The notes under the pieces: generated by a model
Told to the model about the DNA's origin: nothing
Database searches by the model: none
The model's input: the letters and a program-made list of their open reading frames with translations, nothing else
Part shown: one piece after another, positions 8,389 to 16,109 of the stretch
How positions within the stretch are numbered: position 1 is the stretch's first letter
How the letters are laid out: each line of letters begins with the position of its first letter
Translations under genes and position numbers: made by a program
From: a virus
Taxonomy: Duplodnaviria; Caudoviricetes
IMG/VR virus record: IMGVR_UViG_3300005805_000282
Coordinates: 1-32,332 of that record
Length of the DNA: 32,332 nucleotides
Strand: one strand, 5' to 3'

Positions 8389-8634
8389 ATGGCACGTAAA
8401 AAGCAACCGAAAGTAATACATCGCAAGTTAGGTCGTGAGCGTGCGGATGGCTTATACTGTGACAACATCATTGAGATAGATCCAACGCTACCACCTATGC
8501 GTTATCTAATCGTGCTTGTTCACGAGTATCTTCACCACATTCAACCGGAGTGGAGTGAGGAGAAGGTTGATGCGGAAGGTGAGGCACTGGGTAGGTTCCT
8601 TTGGCAGCAAGGCTATCGCAAGGTGCAGCAATGA
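8389..8634 (+). CDS. Small zincin-like (HExxH) protein
   Basis: 'IEIDPTL...VLVHEYLH...SEEKV'. Confidence 0.7.
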   Translation: MARKKQPKVIHRKLGRERADGLYCDNIIEIDPTLPPMRYLIVLVHEYLHHIQPEWSEEKVDAEGEALGRFLWQQGYRKVQQ

Positions 8635-8660
8635 TACGCCCGCTGCTAAGAATTAAGAAT

Positions 8661-8873
8661 CTATTCATCTAACAAGCCTTCAGTTATTTCACCACATCTA
8701 TCATAAAGCTCTGCAATCTTTTCGCTTACTTCATGGCTATGCTCACCATACTTCCATTCATGGCGCATCATGTGCATTATCTCTTTGAGTGCATCGCGAT
8801 ACCGGGCAGCGTTCAGCGTGTACTCGTATGCGTATGCATCTTTAGGTAAATTAAAGGTTAGTGTTGCTTTCAT
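8661..8873 (-). CDS. Hypothetical phage protein (MKATLTFNLP...)
   Basis: ORF with likely start at the internal Met; N-terminus is common in small phage proteins. Confidence 0.7.
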   Translation of the reverse strand: MKATLTFNLPKDAYAYEYTLNAARYRDALKEIMHMMRHEWKYGEHSHEVSEKIAELYDRCGEITEGLLDE

Positions 8874-9087
8874 TTCTTTTTGCTTTGCGTTTCTTGATTG
8901 TTGTCGGTTGTATGGTGTATGCACCATAAATGTTTTGGTCTACTTTGATTCCGATGTCTTTAAATAAGCGCAGATAACGGTATGCTGTGCGTTCGGTTAC
9001 CATGAGTTCTTTAGCTATAACATGTACTGGCATATCACGTTGCTGCATTTGAACCATAAGAGTTAACACGCGTCTAATCTTGTCCAT
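8851..9087 (-). CDS. Stand-alone winged HTH protein
   Basis: 'IAKELMVTERTAYRYLRLFKDIG', like the HTH_11 N-terminus of WYL regulators. Confidence 0.75.
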   Translation of the reverse strand: MDKIRRVLTLMVQMQQRDMPVHVIAKELMVTERTAYRYLRLFKDIGIKVDQNIYGAYTIQPTTIKKRKAKRNESNTNL

Positions 9088-9301
9088 CTTCTATTTGTGT
9101 TTTGTTTGGTAATCCTGCTTTGCAATCTGTGTAGCCTTCATTATAAGCATCATGGATGTGATTCATTTCAATCATTTGCGCTGACTTCAAAAAGAAGTTA
9201 TCCATCTCTGCCCACGATATGTTTATCGATGCGCCTTGAAAGCGTTTGCGTAAAGCTTTGTTCAGCCTACGTATGGCTGTTTCTTTTTTAACTGTTGTCA
9301 T
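9074..9301 (-). CDS. Hypothetical protein ('IxDAY' family)
   Basis: ORF with likely start MTTVKK; motif HIHDAYNEG. Confidence 0.6.
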   Translation of the reverse strand: MTTVKKETAIRRLNKALRKRFQGASINISWAEMDNFFLKSAQMIEMNHIHDAYNEGYTDCKAGLPNKTQIEDGQD

Positions 9302-9389
9302 CTTGTTTTTTAATTTGGTTGTATAGATCACGTAAAGCCAGTGCAGCTATCCATAGCGGTACGGCAATAATGAGTGCGGCTATTATCAT
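9288..9389 (-). CDS. Small membrane peptide, 33 aa (MIIAALIIAVPLW...)
   Basis: Translated by hand; overlaps both neighbours. Confidence 0.55.
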   Translation of the reverse strand: MIIAALIIAVPLWIAALALRDLYNQIKKQDDNS

Positions 9390-9559
9390 AGGTACTTTGT
9401 TTCTTTAGTTATGGTAAATAATTCGCGGTTAACTGATTTGATTTTGTGATGCAGATTGTTTTTAATGTACATAGTCTTCGCATCGACAAATGCGTTAAGC
9501 AATCTTAGTCGCTCCTCTTTGAGCTGCTCTAGCGTCCAGTTCTTTCTGTGTTTTCCCAT
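9386..9559 (-). CDS. Hypothetical protein, 57 aa (MGKHRKNWTLEQ...)
   Basis: Translated by hand; ATGA overlap with the next gene. Confidence 0.6.
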   Translation of the reverse strand: MGKHRKNWTLEQLKEERLRLLNAFVDAKTMYIKNNLHHKIKSVNRELFTITKETKYL

Positions 9560-9800
9560 TCAATCTTAGTATTTCATTTTTGACATGATGGTAGTAAGCT
9601 TTAACGCTGTAGTATTCACCGGTGCCATCGAAGTCTTGCATGATGTCGGTAGGTGCATTAATCAATGCTTCATCTACGCAATAGAGTGCGCAGTTGATTG
9701 CTTTCATATGCACTACTGCTAGTTGGCCTTGTTGCTCTTCGCCTTCGACTATATCAAAATAATTCGAGTACAGTTGCCATGCTTTGTCTTTTGCCTTCAT
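9495..9800 (-). CDS. Hypothetical phage protein
   Basis: 'KAKDKAWQL...CALYCVDE...YYHHVKNEI' pattern. Confidence 0.7.
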   Translation of the reverse strand: MKAKDKAWQLYSNYFDIVEGEEQQGQLAVVHMKAINCALYCVDEALINAPTDIMQDFDGTGEYYSVKAYYHHVKNEILRLNGKTQKELDARAAQRGATKIA

Positions 9801-9894
9801 TGTTTAGCTTATTGATTAGTTCAATTACCTGCTCTTTGTTGTAGTAGTGCTGCGTTGAATTGCGCACATGGTCTTTGAGTTGTTCGGTGGTCAT
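9754..9894 (-). CDS. Hypothetical protein, 46 aa (MTTEQLKDHV...)
   Basis: Translated by hand; ATGA overlap. Confidence 0.55.
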   Translation of the reverse strand: MTTEQLKDHVRNSTQHYYNKEQVIELINKLNNEGKRQSMATVLELF

Positions 9895-10121
9895 GGCTTA
9901 AAGGTTATTTCAAAATAAACATCTCCACATGGTGCGTTGTAATGATAACCATCTATTTTCATACCCGCATTGTATGCATCTTCAATTTGTTTGCGAAAGA
10001 TTTTCTTCGCTGCTTTCAATGCTGTAAATGCATCACTGCCTTCAATGGTATAGGAACCAATATAACCAGTGTCACCATAGATTTCTTTGAATAAAAATTC
10101 AACTGCTGATTGTTCTTTCAT
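9891..10121 (-). CDS. Hypothetical protein ('QTAVEWL/QIxDAY' family)
   Basis: QSAVEFL...KQIEDAYNAG. Confidence 0.7.
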   Translation of the reverse strand: MKEQSAVEFLFKEIYGDTGYIGSYTIEGSDAFTALKAAKKIFRKQIEDAYNAGMKIDGYHYNAPCGDVYFEITFKP

Positions 10122-10336
10122 AGTGCTTTACATTTAGGTGCTTTATATGTAGTTAGTTTTGGCAAGGTTGGATGATAGTAAATAACATTTTCTTCTCCTC
10201 TTAAATAGCTTAATCGTAATCTCATAAGCCCACACCTTTCACATATTGATTTGGCTTCATTATTTTCATGTTCCAAATCATGTGCGTTCATCCATTTGTG
10301 CCTCATACGTTCAAAGTATTTAAGTATTCTCTCCAC
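10118..10336 (-). CDS. Small Cys/His protein
   Basis: HKW..CERCG..C; start uncertain. Confidence 0.55.
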   Translation of the reverse strand: MERILKYFERMRHKWMNAHDLEHENNEAKSICERCGLMRLRLSYLRGEENVIYYHPTLPKLTTYKAPKCKAL

Positions 10337-11067
10337 ATCGGAACACGCTCTTGAAGCTTTGCGATAGCTGCTTCATCAAACTCAACTACCTTTTCATGGA
10401 TGCGCTCCTGCACTGGTATATCATAGCACCATTCGCTAAGGTCGCTTTCAAGGTTAGCGTGTGGGTTTTCTGCTATGTATGTAGGCATATCGTATATCAT
10501 GTTCTTTTCAATGCGCTGTGCCTTCTTAATAAATTCCTCGTTGCCTTGTGGATCAATAAGATTCATGCGTAAGGATAGTCGATACTTCTCACTATCTATC
10601 ATCTGTGATGGTGCGTTAACTAGCACAAAGCAAAACGTAGCTTTGGGCGCACCTGTTAGCCAGCAGTATGCTTGACCTTGCCAATAGTAATCCTTGCTAA
10701 TATCATTTAGCTTAGCATCGATGAAGGTGTGAATGTCCCAACTGCTTTTGATATCAGGTACATTGACAACTGCACCACCATCTTTGATAAGCAAATCAGG
10801 TGTGCCGGTTATGAAATCGTTTTGAAAGTTAACCTCGTTTTTGAATACAATAGCATTGCGTTCCCTGCGCCACATATCAATGGCATCATTCTCAACTGCT
10901 ACACCTTTCTCAATGTACTTGTTGCTGATGTCTTTGTAACGCTTGTACTTCTGCTGTATATAGATTTCAAGTAATGCGCTCTTGGTGGTTTCGGATAGGC
11001 CGCTTTTGGTGCGTGCATCGGTCATTAGCTTACCCAGCTGCGATGCTCTAAATTTTACTTGTTCCAT
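10303..11067 (-). CDS. YqaJ/lambda-type exonuclease
   Basis: FRAS, 'KG...E', GTPD, DIKSSW and YYWQ..AY motifs. Confidence 0.85.
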   Translation of the reverse strand: MEQVKFRASQLGKLMTDARTKSGLSETTKSALLEIYIQQKYKRYKDISNKYIEKGVAVENDAIDMWRRERNAIVFKNEVNFQNDFITGTPDLLIKDGGAVVNVPDIKSSWDIHTFIDAKLNDISKDYYWQGQAYCWLTGAPKATFCFVLVNAPSQMIDSEKYRLSLRMNLIDPQGNEEFIKKAQRIEKNMIYDMPTYIAENPHANLESDLSEWCYDIPVQERIHEKVVEFDEAAIAKLQERVPMWREYLNTLNV

Positions 11068-11095
11068 TGTGTGTGTTATTGTGGTGGCTAATATA

Positions 11096-11770
11096 TTACT
11101 TTACCAAAGACAATTGGTGCTTTTTAACAGCTATTAACTCTTGCACCTTTTCAAGATGTTCATCCGGGCATGCTTGCATAATGATATCACAATCATCTGC
11201 GCTCTGTGCCTTATCGATTAGTTCACTCAAGTACTGCAAGTCTTTGTTGACTGGTGCAAGCTTACCCTTTAGGTTGAAAGGCTTGTAGATGTCAATGTTA
11301 TTGCGGTTAAGGTCGCGGCCAAATAACTTACCTAATGATACAGCAGCATTCTTTATGCATTCTGTTTTCAGCTTTGGGAATGCCAGGTCAAGTGCATTCG
11401 ACTTTTTGTTTTCTGCATTCAATGCCCATCGGTTACGCTCTGTGCCTTGAATATTCTGCGGTGCTTTGTCAACCATAATAACAATGGATGCTGCACCACT
11501 TCTGCGTATCTCATAGCCGCTTATCGGATGGATCACTATCAGGTCAATACTGCCTACTACTTCATTCGCCATGCGCTCCCACTTAAAGTTCTCGGTGCGC
11601 CAATGCCCAAAGAACATTTCGTCTAGTGTAGTTTCGACATGGCTAATAACGAGCGTACGTGCCTTGCCATCTGGTGTGGATTCGATACCGACTTGGTCAG
11701 GCGATGCGTTAAGCATTTGCTGAAACTTTTGCAACGCTTCGAGGTTGTCTTTGTGAAAAGAATTGTTCAT
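11096..11770 (-). CDS. Single-strand annealing recombinase (Rad52/Sak-like)
   Basis: Next to the exonuclease; 'VETTLDEMFFGHW' and 'IKNAAVSLGKLFGRDLNR'. Confidence 0.65.
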   Translation of the reverse strand: MNNSFHKDNLEALQKFQQMLNASPDQVGIESTPDGKARTLVISHVETTLDEMFFGHWRTENFKWERMANEVVGSIDLIVIHPISGYEIRRSGAASIVIMVDKAPQNIQGTERNRWALNAENKKSNALDLAFPKLKTECIKNAAVSLGKLFGRDLNRNNIDIYKPFNLKGKLAPVNKDLQYLSELIDKAQSADDCDIIMQACPDEHLEKVQELIAVKKHQLSLVK

Positions 11771-11790
11771 GTGATTATTGATTTAATAGG

Positions 11791-11892
11791 TTAATACTTG
11801 GCTAAACAATCGTTTAATTCTTGACAATAGCTAAGAACAGCTAGAATGATTACTGCCCAAACGATGTACTTGATTACTTTACTTGCTTTCAT
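11791..11892 (-). CDS. Small membrane peptide, 33 aa (MKASKVIKYIVWAV...)
   Basis: Translated by hand; CAATAAC leader. Confidence 0.55.
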   Translation of the reverse strand: MKASKVIKYIVWAVIILAVLSYCQELNDCLAKY

Positions 11893-11946
11893 GTTATTGT
11901 GTTTTAAATTTTAGATGCGCGTTGGTGAGTCGCGCCCCTCGTTTGA

Positions 11947-12126
11947 TTAAAGTGATTTGAAAAATTCTGCTACTTTACCAATGGTTGTATTGTTAATCAA
12001 ATCTTGAATATTCTCATATGAGTTCTTGCGTGTAGTGCCAAGATAGTTAACAGTAGTTATAACGCAGTCAGTATAAATGTTTACTACTACTTCAAATCCT
12101 TTTGATACTTCAATTGTGTGTGTCAT
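11947..12126 (-). CDS. Hypothetical early protein, 59 aa (MTHTIEVSKG...)
   Basis: Translated by hand; first ORF after the promoter at 12157. Confidence 0.65.
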   Translation of the reverse strand: MTHTIEVSKGFEVVVNIYTDCVITTVNYLGTTRKNSYENIQDLINNTTIGKVAEFFKSL

Positions 12127-12156
12127 TGCTTTGTGTTTTTGTTGTTATTGATAGGC

Positions 12157-12164
12157 CAAAGATA
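12157..12164 (-). promoter_or_regulatory. Bacteroidota sigma-70 -7 element TATCTTTG
   Basis: Matches TAnnTTTG; intergenic, upstream of the early ORFs. Confidence 0.7.
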
Positions 12165-12274
12165 TGGTAACTTTTTACACACACAATAGGCAGTATGCAA
12201 TTTTAACAATTTTTAACAAATGCAGTATTGATAATCAGTAAGTTAGATTGAATCGGTTACAGATTGTAACCAGC

Positions 12275-13573
12275 TCAGGCCCACGAATAGCTGCCGTAAT
12301 TGGGGAATAGTTCAAAGTACATACGCATCATGATGGCATCAGCGTAGTCAGGAGACTTGCCATGCATCCGGGCAATCTCCTCTTTCGATATAACCGACAG
12401 CTTTGCGTCTGCATCCGGTTGCCTTCTGCGTATCATATCTAGTTCTTGTATAATCACATCGCGAAAAGCGTTGACTTTAAAGATAACTTTGTTCTGCTCT
12501 ATCAGTTCGGCTAACTTGAAGTAGCATTCTGCTTTTTGATTAGTAAACTTATCTGCTTGCTTAGCACGCCCACCATTAAGAAAGCCCCTGCAACGAAGAT
12601 GGTCAACCGCTCCCCCTCCTACCCCATCTTCATCACAGATCACATTGCTCAATTTGATGTGATGCCTATCGCATAGTTGGCGAATGATGCTAACTACTGT
12701 AGTGATGGGTTGCTTTCGCAGCTCGTGTATCTCGATTAAATGCAAGCCTTGCCACACGCATATCACACTGCGGTCCTTTCCTAGTCGTGCTATATCCGCA
12801 CTAATATATTTTTCTCCTTTGCTTTCTTCTTCCCGGAAGCAGCGCACTAAGTCATCATACTGATAAAGATTATCTACGCTTTCATCGTATTCCCAATCGC
12901 CATACAACAGCCTTCGCCTATCTATTTCGGGCAATCGCTCGAGAGTTTCGATATAGGTTTCAGGTAGGTGTGGGTTATCGGTAGGAAGCGATGGTATGAA
13001 TGCAAGATGTTGTGCTAGATTATCCATCTTGAATGGTGCGTAAAACTCATTATAGAGCCATCCTTTGGACGGATTGCAAGTGAGCAGCATCTTCGGTGGC
13101 AAATCATATTCGCGTAACTTAAAACGGATACGAGACTGCAGTATATCTATTGCACGTTTGCTCACTTGTGCTGCCTCGTCAACGTAGGCATCTGTTAATT
13201 CTAACCCGCCTAAGCTATGGAACTCCGCATCCGATGGATATGCAAATAGGTCTTTAAGGATTATTTCACTTCCGTTGTTGAAAGTAATTACGTGCGTTTG
13301 GTTATTGATGGTGTAGTGTTCATTAGGTGCAAGACCTAACATACCTGCTACCTCAAAGAATGTTTTCAGCGTAGTTTTTTTTAACGTATCAAGTTTACTT
13401 CTACCTATCAACCCTCTCGTGCCTGGATACTTAAACCTGCGGCTTATTTGCCATGCACATCCGATGAAAGATTTTGATCCACCTGCAGCTCCTCCGAAGA
13501 GCACTACACGTGCCGGGTGTGAATTACCCAGCACACGCAGTGCTTCCTTTTGTTTCGGTAGATACTCAATCAT
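12275..13573 (-). CDS. terL: Terminase large subunit
   Basis: Walker A GGAAGGSKS, Walker B YVDEA, TCNP, DNPHL, and nuclease motifs DIARLGKD and SPDYADA. Confidence 0.93.
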   Translation of the reverse strand: MIEYLPKQKEALRVLGNSHPARVVLFGGAAGGSKSFIGCAWQISRRFKYPGTRGLIGRSKLDTLKKTTLKTFFEVAGMLGLAPNEHYTINNQTHVITFNNGSEIILKDLFAYPSDAEFHSLGGLELTDAYVDEAAQVSKRAIDILQSRIRFKLREYDLPPKMLLTCNPSKGWLYNEFYAPFKMDNLAQHLAFIPSLPTDNPHLPETYIETLERLPEIDRRRLLYGDWEYDESVDNLYQYDDLVRCFREEESKGEKYISADIARLGKDRSVICVWQGLHLIEIHELRKQPITTVVSIIRQLCDRHHIKLSNVICDEDGVGGGAVDHLRCRGFLNGGRAKQADKFTNQKAECYFKLAELIEQNKVIFKVNAFRDVIIQELDMIRRRQPDADAKLSVISKEEIARMHGKSPDYADAIMMRMYFELFPNYGSYSWA

Positions 13574-13812
13574 TAGAACGGCAAATCATTACCACGTTGT
13601 GGTTCTTCACTTGCAGCAGATTCTTTGATTTCACTGATAGTCCATGAAATAAATTTAACTCCGTTCTTTCCTTCTTTAGTCCAACCTGCAATCCTTATAG
13701 GTTTGCCCGATTCATTAGCACCTGCACCTGACCAATCAGGTTGATTTGGTGAAGTCTTTTTGTCGTTTTTGAATAGCACTCCAGTGCCAGGTTTGTGTGT
13801 GTAATTACTCAT
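13573..13812 (-). CDS. Small ssDNA-binding protein (putative)
   Basis: 'GVLFKNDKK..QPDWSG..IAGW' and a C-terminal DLPF tail. Confidence 0.7.
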   Translation of the reverse strand: MSNYTHKPGTGVLFKNDKKTSPNQPDWSGAGANESGKPIRIAGWTKEGKNGVKFISWTISEIKESAASEEPQRGNDLPF

Positions 13813-13824
13813 TGTATTTGGTTT

Positions 13825-14007
13825 TTAATTATTAATGATTCCAATATCTTCTGTCATCAATGCTATTGATTTTGTGCCATCGAGTGCGGTTGTTTCAGCT
13901 ATGGTGAAGTCTTCTTGTATCACGTTGTGACCATCAATGAAACCAATATAGACTGGCATATCATCCGGGTACTTTGCAAGGTAATCCCACAGCTCACCTA
14001 TTGTCAT
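13825..14007 (-). CDS. Hypothetical protein (MTIGEL..YPDDMPV)
   Basis: Common small phage protein N-terminus. Confidence 0.7.
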   Translation of the reverse strand: MTIGELWDYLAKYPDDMPVYIGFIDGHNVIQEDFTIAETTALDGTKSIALMTEDIGIINN

Positions 14008-14165
14008 AGCTTGTATTCATCTTTGTCAGTTAGCAAATGTAGTTGCTCAAAGATAATGCGCATATCCATATTATCCTGCATAGAAGGGCGCATACTTCGT
14101 TTGCTTGTTAACACAAAGAGCTGACGCAGCAGTTTGTTTTCTTCGGCTATGTCGTAGTGCTTCAT
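14004..14165 (-). CDS. Hypothetical protein, 53 aa (MKHYDIAEEN...)
   Basis: Translated by hand; ATGA overlaps at both ends. Confidence 0.65.
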   Translation of the reverse strand: MKHYDIAEENKLLRQLFVLTSKRSMRPSMQDNMDMRIIFEQLHLLTDKDEYKL

Positions 14166-14407
14166 TTGTCAGCTCCGTATGTTTCGTTGTAGTATTGTTG
14201 AGCCGCCCTTTTTAACACGCGACGATTAGTATCATCATCCTCACCATCTATGTACGCATCAACAATCTGCTCCTTCTCCATTGCTAATGCTTCAATAAAT
14301 AGTTCATCGAACTTTTCAACGTGCAAATCTTTGCTGCGCCATTCTTTAGTTTGCATCAAATGTAGAAGATGATAGTGCAACCACTCTACTGCTGTTTGCT
14401 TTTTCAT
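14162..14407 (-). CDS. Hypothetical protein ('QTAVEWL/EKEQIxDAY' family)
   Basis: Likely start MKKQTAVEWL. Confidence 0.75.
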   Translation of the reverse strand: MKKQTAVEWLHYHLLHLMQTKEWRSKDLHVEKFDELFIEALAMEKEQIVDAYIDGEDDDTNRRVLKRAAQQYYNETYGADK

Positions 14408-14408
14408 A

Positions 14409-15092
14409 TCAATACTCTTTTTGATTGTCAATCTCTTCCATGTAACGCTGCTTTCGGTATTCGGTAAACTGATAAGGCTTATTTTGATAAACCTTAAACC
14501 ATTTGCTTTCCTTCCATTCGGGTAACGCATCGTATTCTTCCATGATTTGCTTTTCAAATGGTGAGTTACTCACACGCTTCGCTTCCGGCTTGGGTGCTTC
14601 TTGCAGCTTCAATCGGTCAACTGTCTCATGCAATGCTTGGTTGATTTGAGGATGATTGAAGATTTCATACAGATTGCCACCTCTTTGCTCTTGGCTACGC
14701 ATTGCAGTTATGTGAGCGTTGCGCTCTTGTTCAAACTTATGTACCCATTCATTCAGTATCGACAAGTCTAGTCGATTGTAAATTGCCCCGTACAAACCTG
14801 CCGCGCCACGATCTAAACAAAGCTGAATATCTTCAAGTGAGTATATCCAGTGATGCTCGACAAAGTGTTCAGCTGCAAATTTGATTTGTTGATTGTTCAT
14901 GTTCTTATCAATGTTCAGCATTGCACAGCACCGGGCAATGAGCATTGATATTTTGAACTTAGTTTCGTTTCTGTCAATGGCACGAAGTGAACTAATCTTA
15001 CTACATTTCACGCTCTCGTGCAAAGTCAGCTGCGATTTGGGCTGCCACGTTTTGATAGTGTGCAACGTTGTCAAACTTTGGTTTTGTTCCAT
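14409..15092 (-). CDS. Replication accessory protein (helicase-loader-like position)
   Basis: Directly follows and overlaps the initiator. Function is inferred from synteny only. Confidence 0.5.
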   Translation of the reverse strand: MEQNQSLTTLHTIKTWQPKSQLTLHESVKCSKISSLRAIDRNETKFKISMLIARCCAMLNIDKNMNNQQIKFAAEHFVEHHWIYSLEDIQLCLDRGAAGLYGAIYNRLDLSILNEWVHKFEQERNAHITAMRSQEQRGGNLYEIFNHPQINQALHETVDRLKLQEAPKPEAKRVSNSPFEKQIMEEYDALPEWKESKWFKVYQNKPYQFTEYRKQRYMEEIDNQKEY

Positions 15093-15753
15093 AGGTATTT
15101 GATTTTTGATTTTGGTCAAATTTAGAATTATTTACCATCCAATTACGTGCTGAAGCTTTCCAATCTTTCATCGGATTGCGGCCCTGCTTCCATCCATTGG
15201 CTTCGTAGTAGTTAAAAAATTTCGCGGCCTCGGTGTTTATTTTTTCATCAGTCCACTGCATGTGCTTTAGAACTGAATACTCACCCATAAAATTATAAAC
15301 TTCATTTTCGGTTGGGCGTGTAAACGCTATACTATTGTTTCTTTGTTTCTTTGTTTCTTGGTTTCTTTGTTTATCTATAGGGGCACTGCTGTGTTCAATG
15401 CCGTTGCTATGCTGTATCAATGCCGTATCCAATGCCGTATGCAGTGCTGTGGCTTTTTTGCTACGGCATATTGATATTATTGTACTGCTATACTGGTTCT
15501 TAGATTCGCTTATGATTTGAATAAAATTCCATTTGGCTAAATCACTAAGTGCATCCAAGTAGGTGCGCTTGTTACCAATGTGCAAACCTTCCATTGTCGC
15601 ATTGGTAGGTATGCCAAACTGCTCCTTCCATCCAAGCCGGTTGTTTAGTTCAATAATCCACATGAACAAAGCAGTGTGCTGGCATTTTACCTCCGAATGT
15701 TCAAAGGCAAAATCAAACCACTTGCGCGACAAATCATATCCGTTCGTTTTCAT
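15001..15753 (-). CDS. Replication initiator / replisome organiser
   Basis: N-terminal wHTH-like region, repeat-rich linker, C-terminal 'FFNYYEANGW..G..MKDWKA..RNW'. Confidence 0.75.
   Translation of the reverse strand: MKTNGYDLSRKWFDFAFEHSEVKCQHTALFMWIIELNNRLGWKEQFGIPTNATMEGLHIGNKRTYLDALSDLAKWNFIQIISESKNQYSSTIISICRSKKATALHTALDTALIQHSNGIEHSSAPIDKQRNQETKKQRNNSIAFTRPTENEVYNFMGEYSVLKHMQWTDEKINTEAAKFFNYYEANGWKQGRNPMKDWKASARNWMVNNSKFDQNQKSNTYGTKPKFDNVAHYQNVAAQIAADFAREREM
15336..15453. repeat. Putative origin: four TGTTTCTT octamers plus ~6 degenerate AATGCCGT-core iterons
   Basis: Tandem repeats inside the initiator linker. Confidence 0.6.
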
Positions 15754-15970
15754 GCTGTACTTTTAAATGGTCATGGTATGAATTAAGCAGCGCATAAAGT
15801 TTTTCGACTTGCTTTGCATCTAATGTAATAGATACGGCACTCATCTTATCATCATAATAGCGTATCAAATGAATGAATAGCTTATCATCTTCTGTGATAT
15901 GAGAAAGCAAACAGCGTTGTTCATCACCCCAAGGATTAAAGAAAGAAATACCAGTCTTGTTTTGTGACAT
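15734..15970 (-). CDS. Hypothetical protein
   Basis: 78 aa ORF overlapping the initiator start. Confidence 0.65.
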   Translation of the reverse strand: MSQNKTGISFFNPWGDEQRCLLSHITEDDKLFIHLIRYYDDKMSAVSITLDAKQVEKLYALLNSYHDHLKVQHENERI

Positions 15971-15974
15971 AAAA

Positions 15975-16074
15975 CTAAATACCCACCACTACACGTAAAG
16001 GCTACTCCGCGCACGAAAGTGCTATGGCATTACGGCAGTGATGGGATTTAAAATGTTTTTCATTACGAAGTAGC
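15975..16074 (-). promoter_or_regulatory. Structured 5' leader with uORF (16063-16022) and alternative pairing
   Basis: Long nested hairpin and a 9-bp alternative helix; G-U wobbles favour the - strand. Confidence 0.6.
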
Positions 16075-16078
16075 GTTG

Positions 16079-16109
16079 CAAATATACACAACCCTTTGAC
16101 AATTCCAAA
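16079..16109 (-). promoter_or_regulatory. Bacteroidota promoter TTTG-N19-TATATTTG
   Basis: Full -33/-7 consensus with canonical spacing. Confidence 0.8.

Noticed and set aside
15336-15453. Repeats as a CRISPR array
   Set aside because: The units are 8-12 bp, tandem, have no spacers and lie within a CDS.
15975-16074. tRNA or self-cleaving ribozyme
   Set aside because: No cloverleaf or T-loop, and no hammerhead core (CUGANGA) with its GAAA partner.
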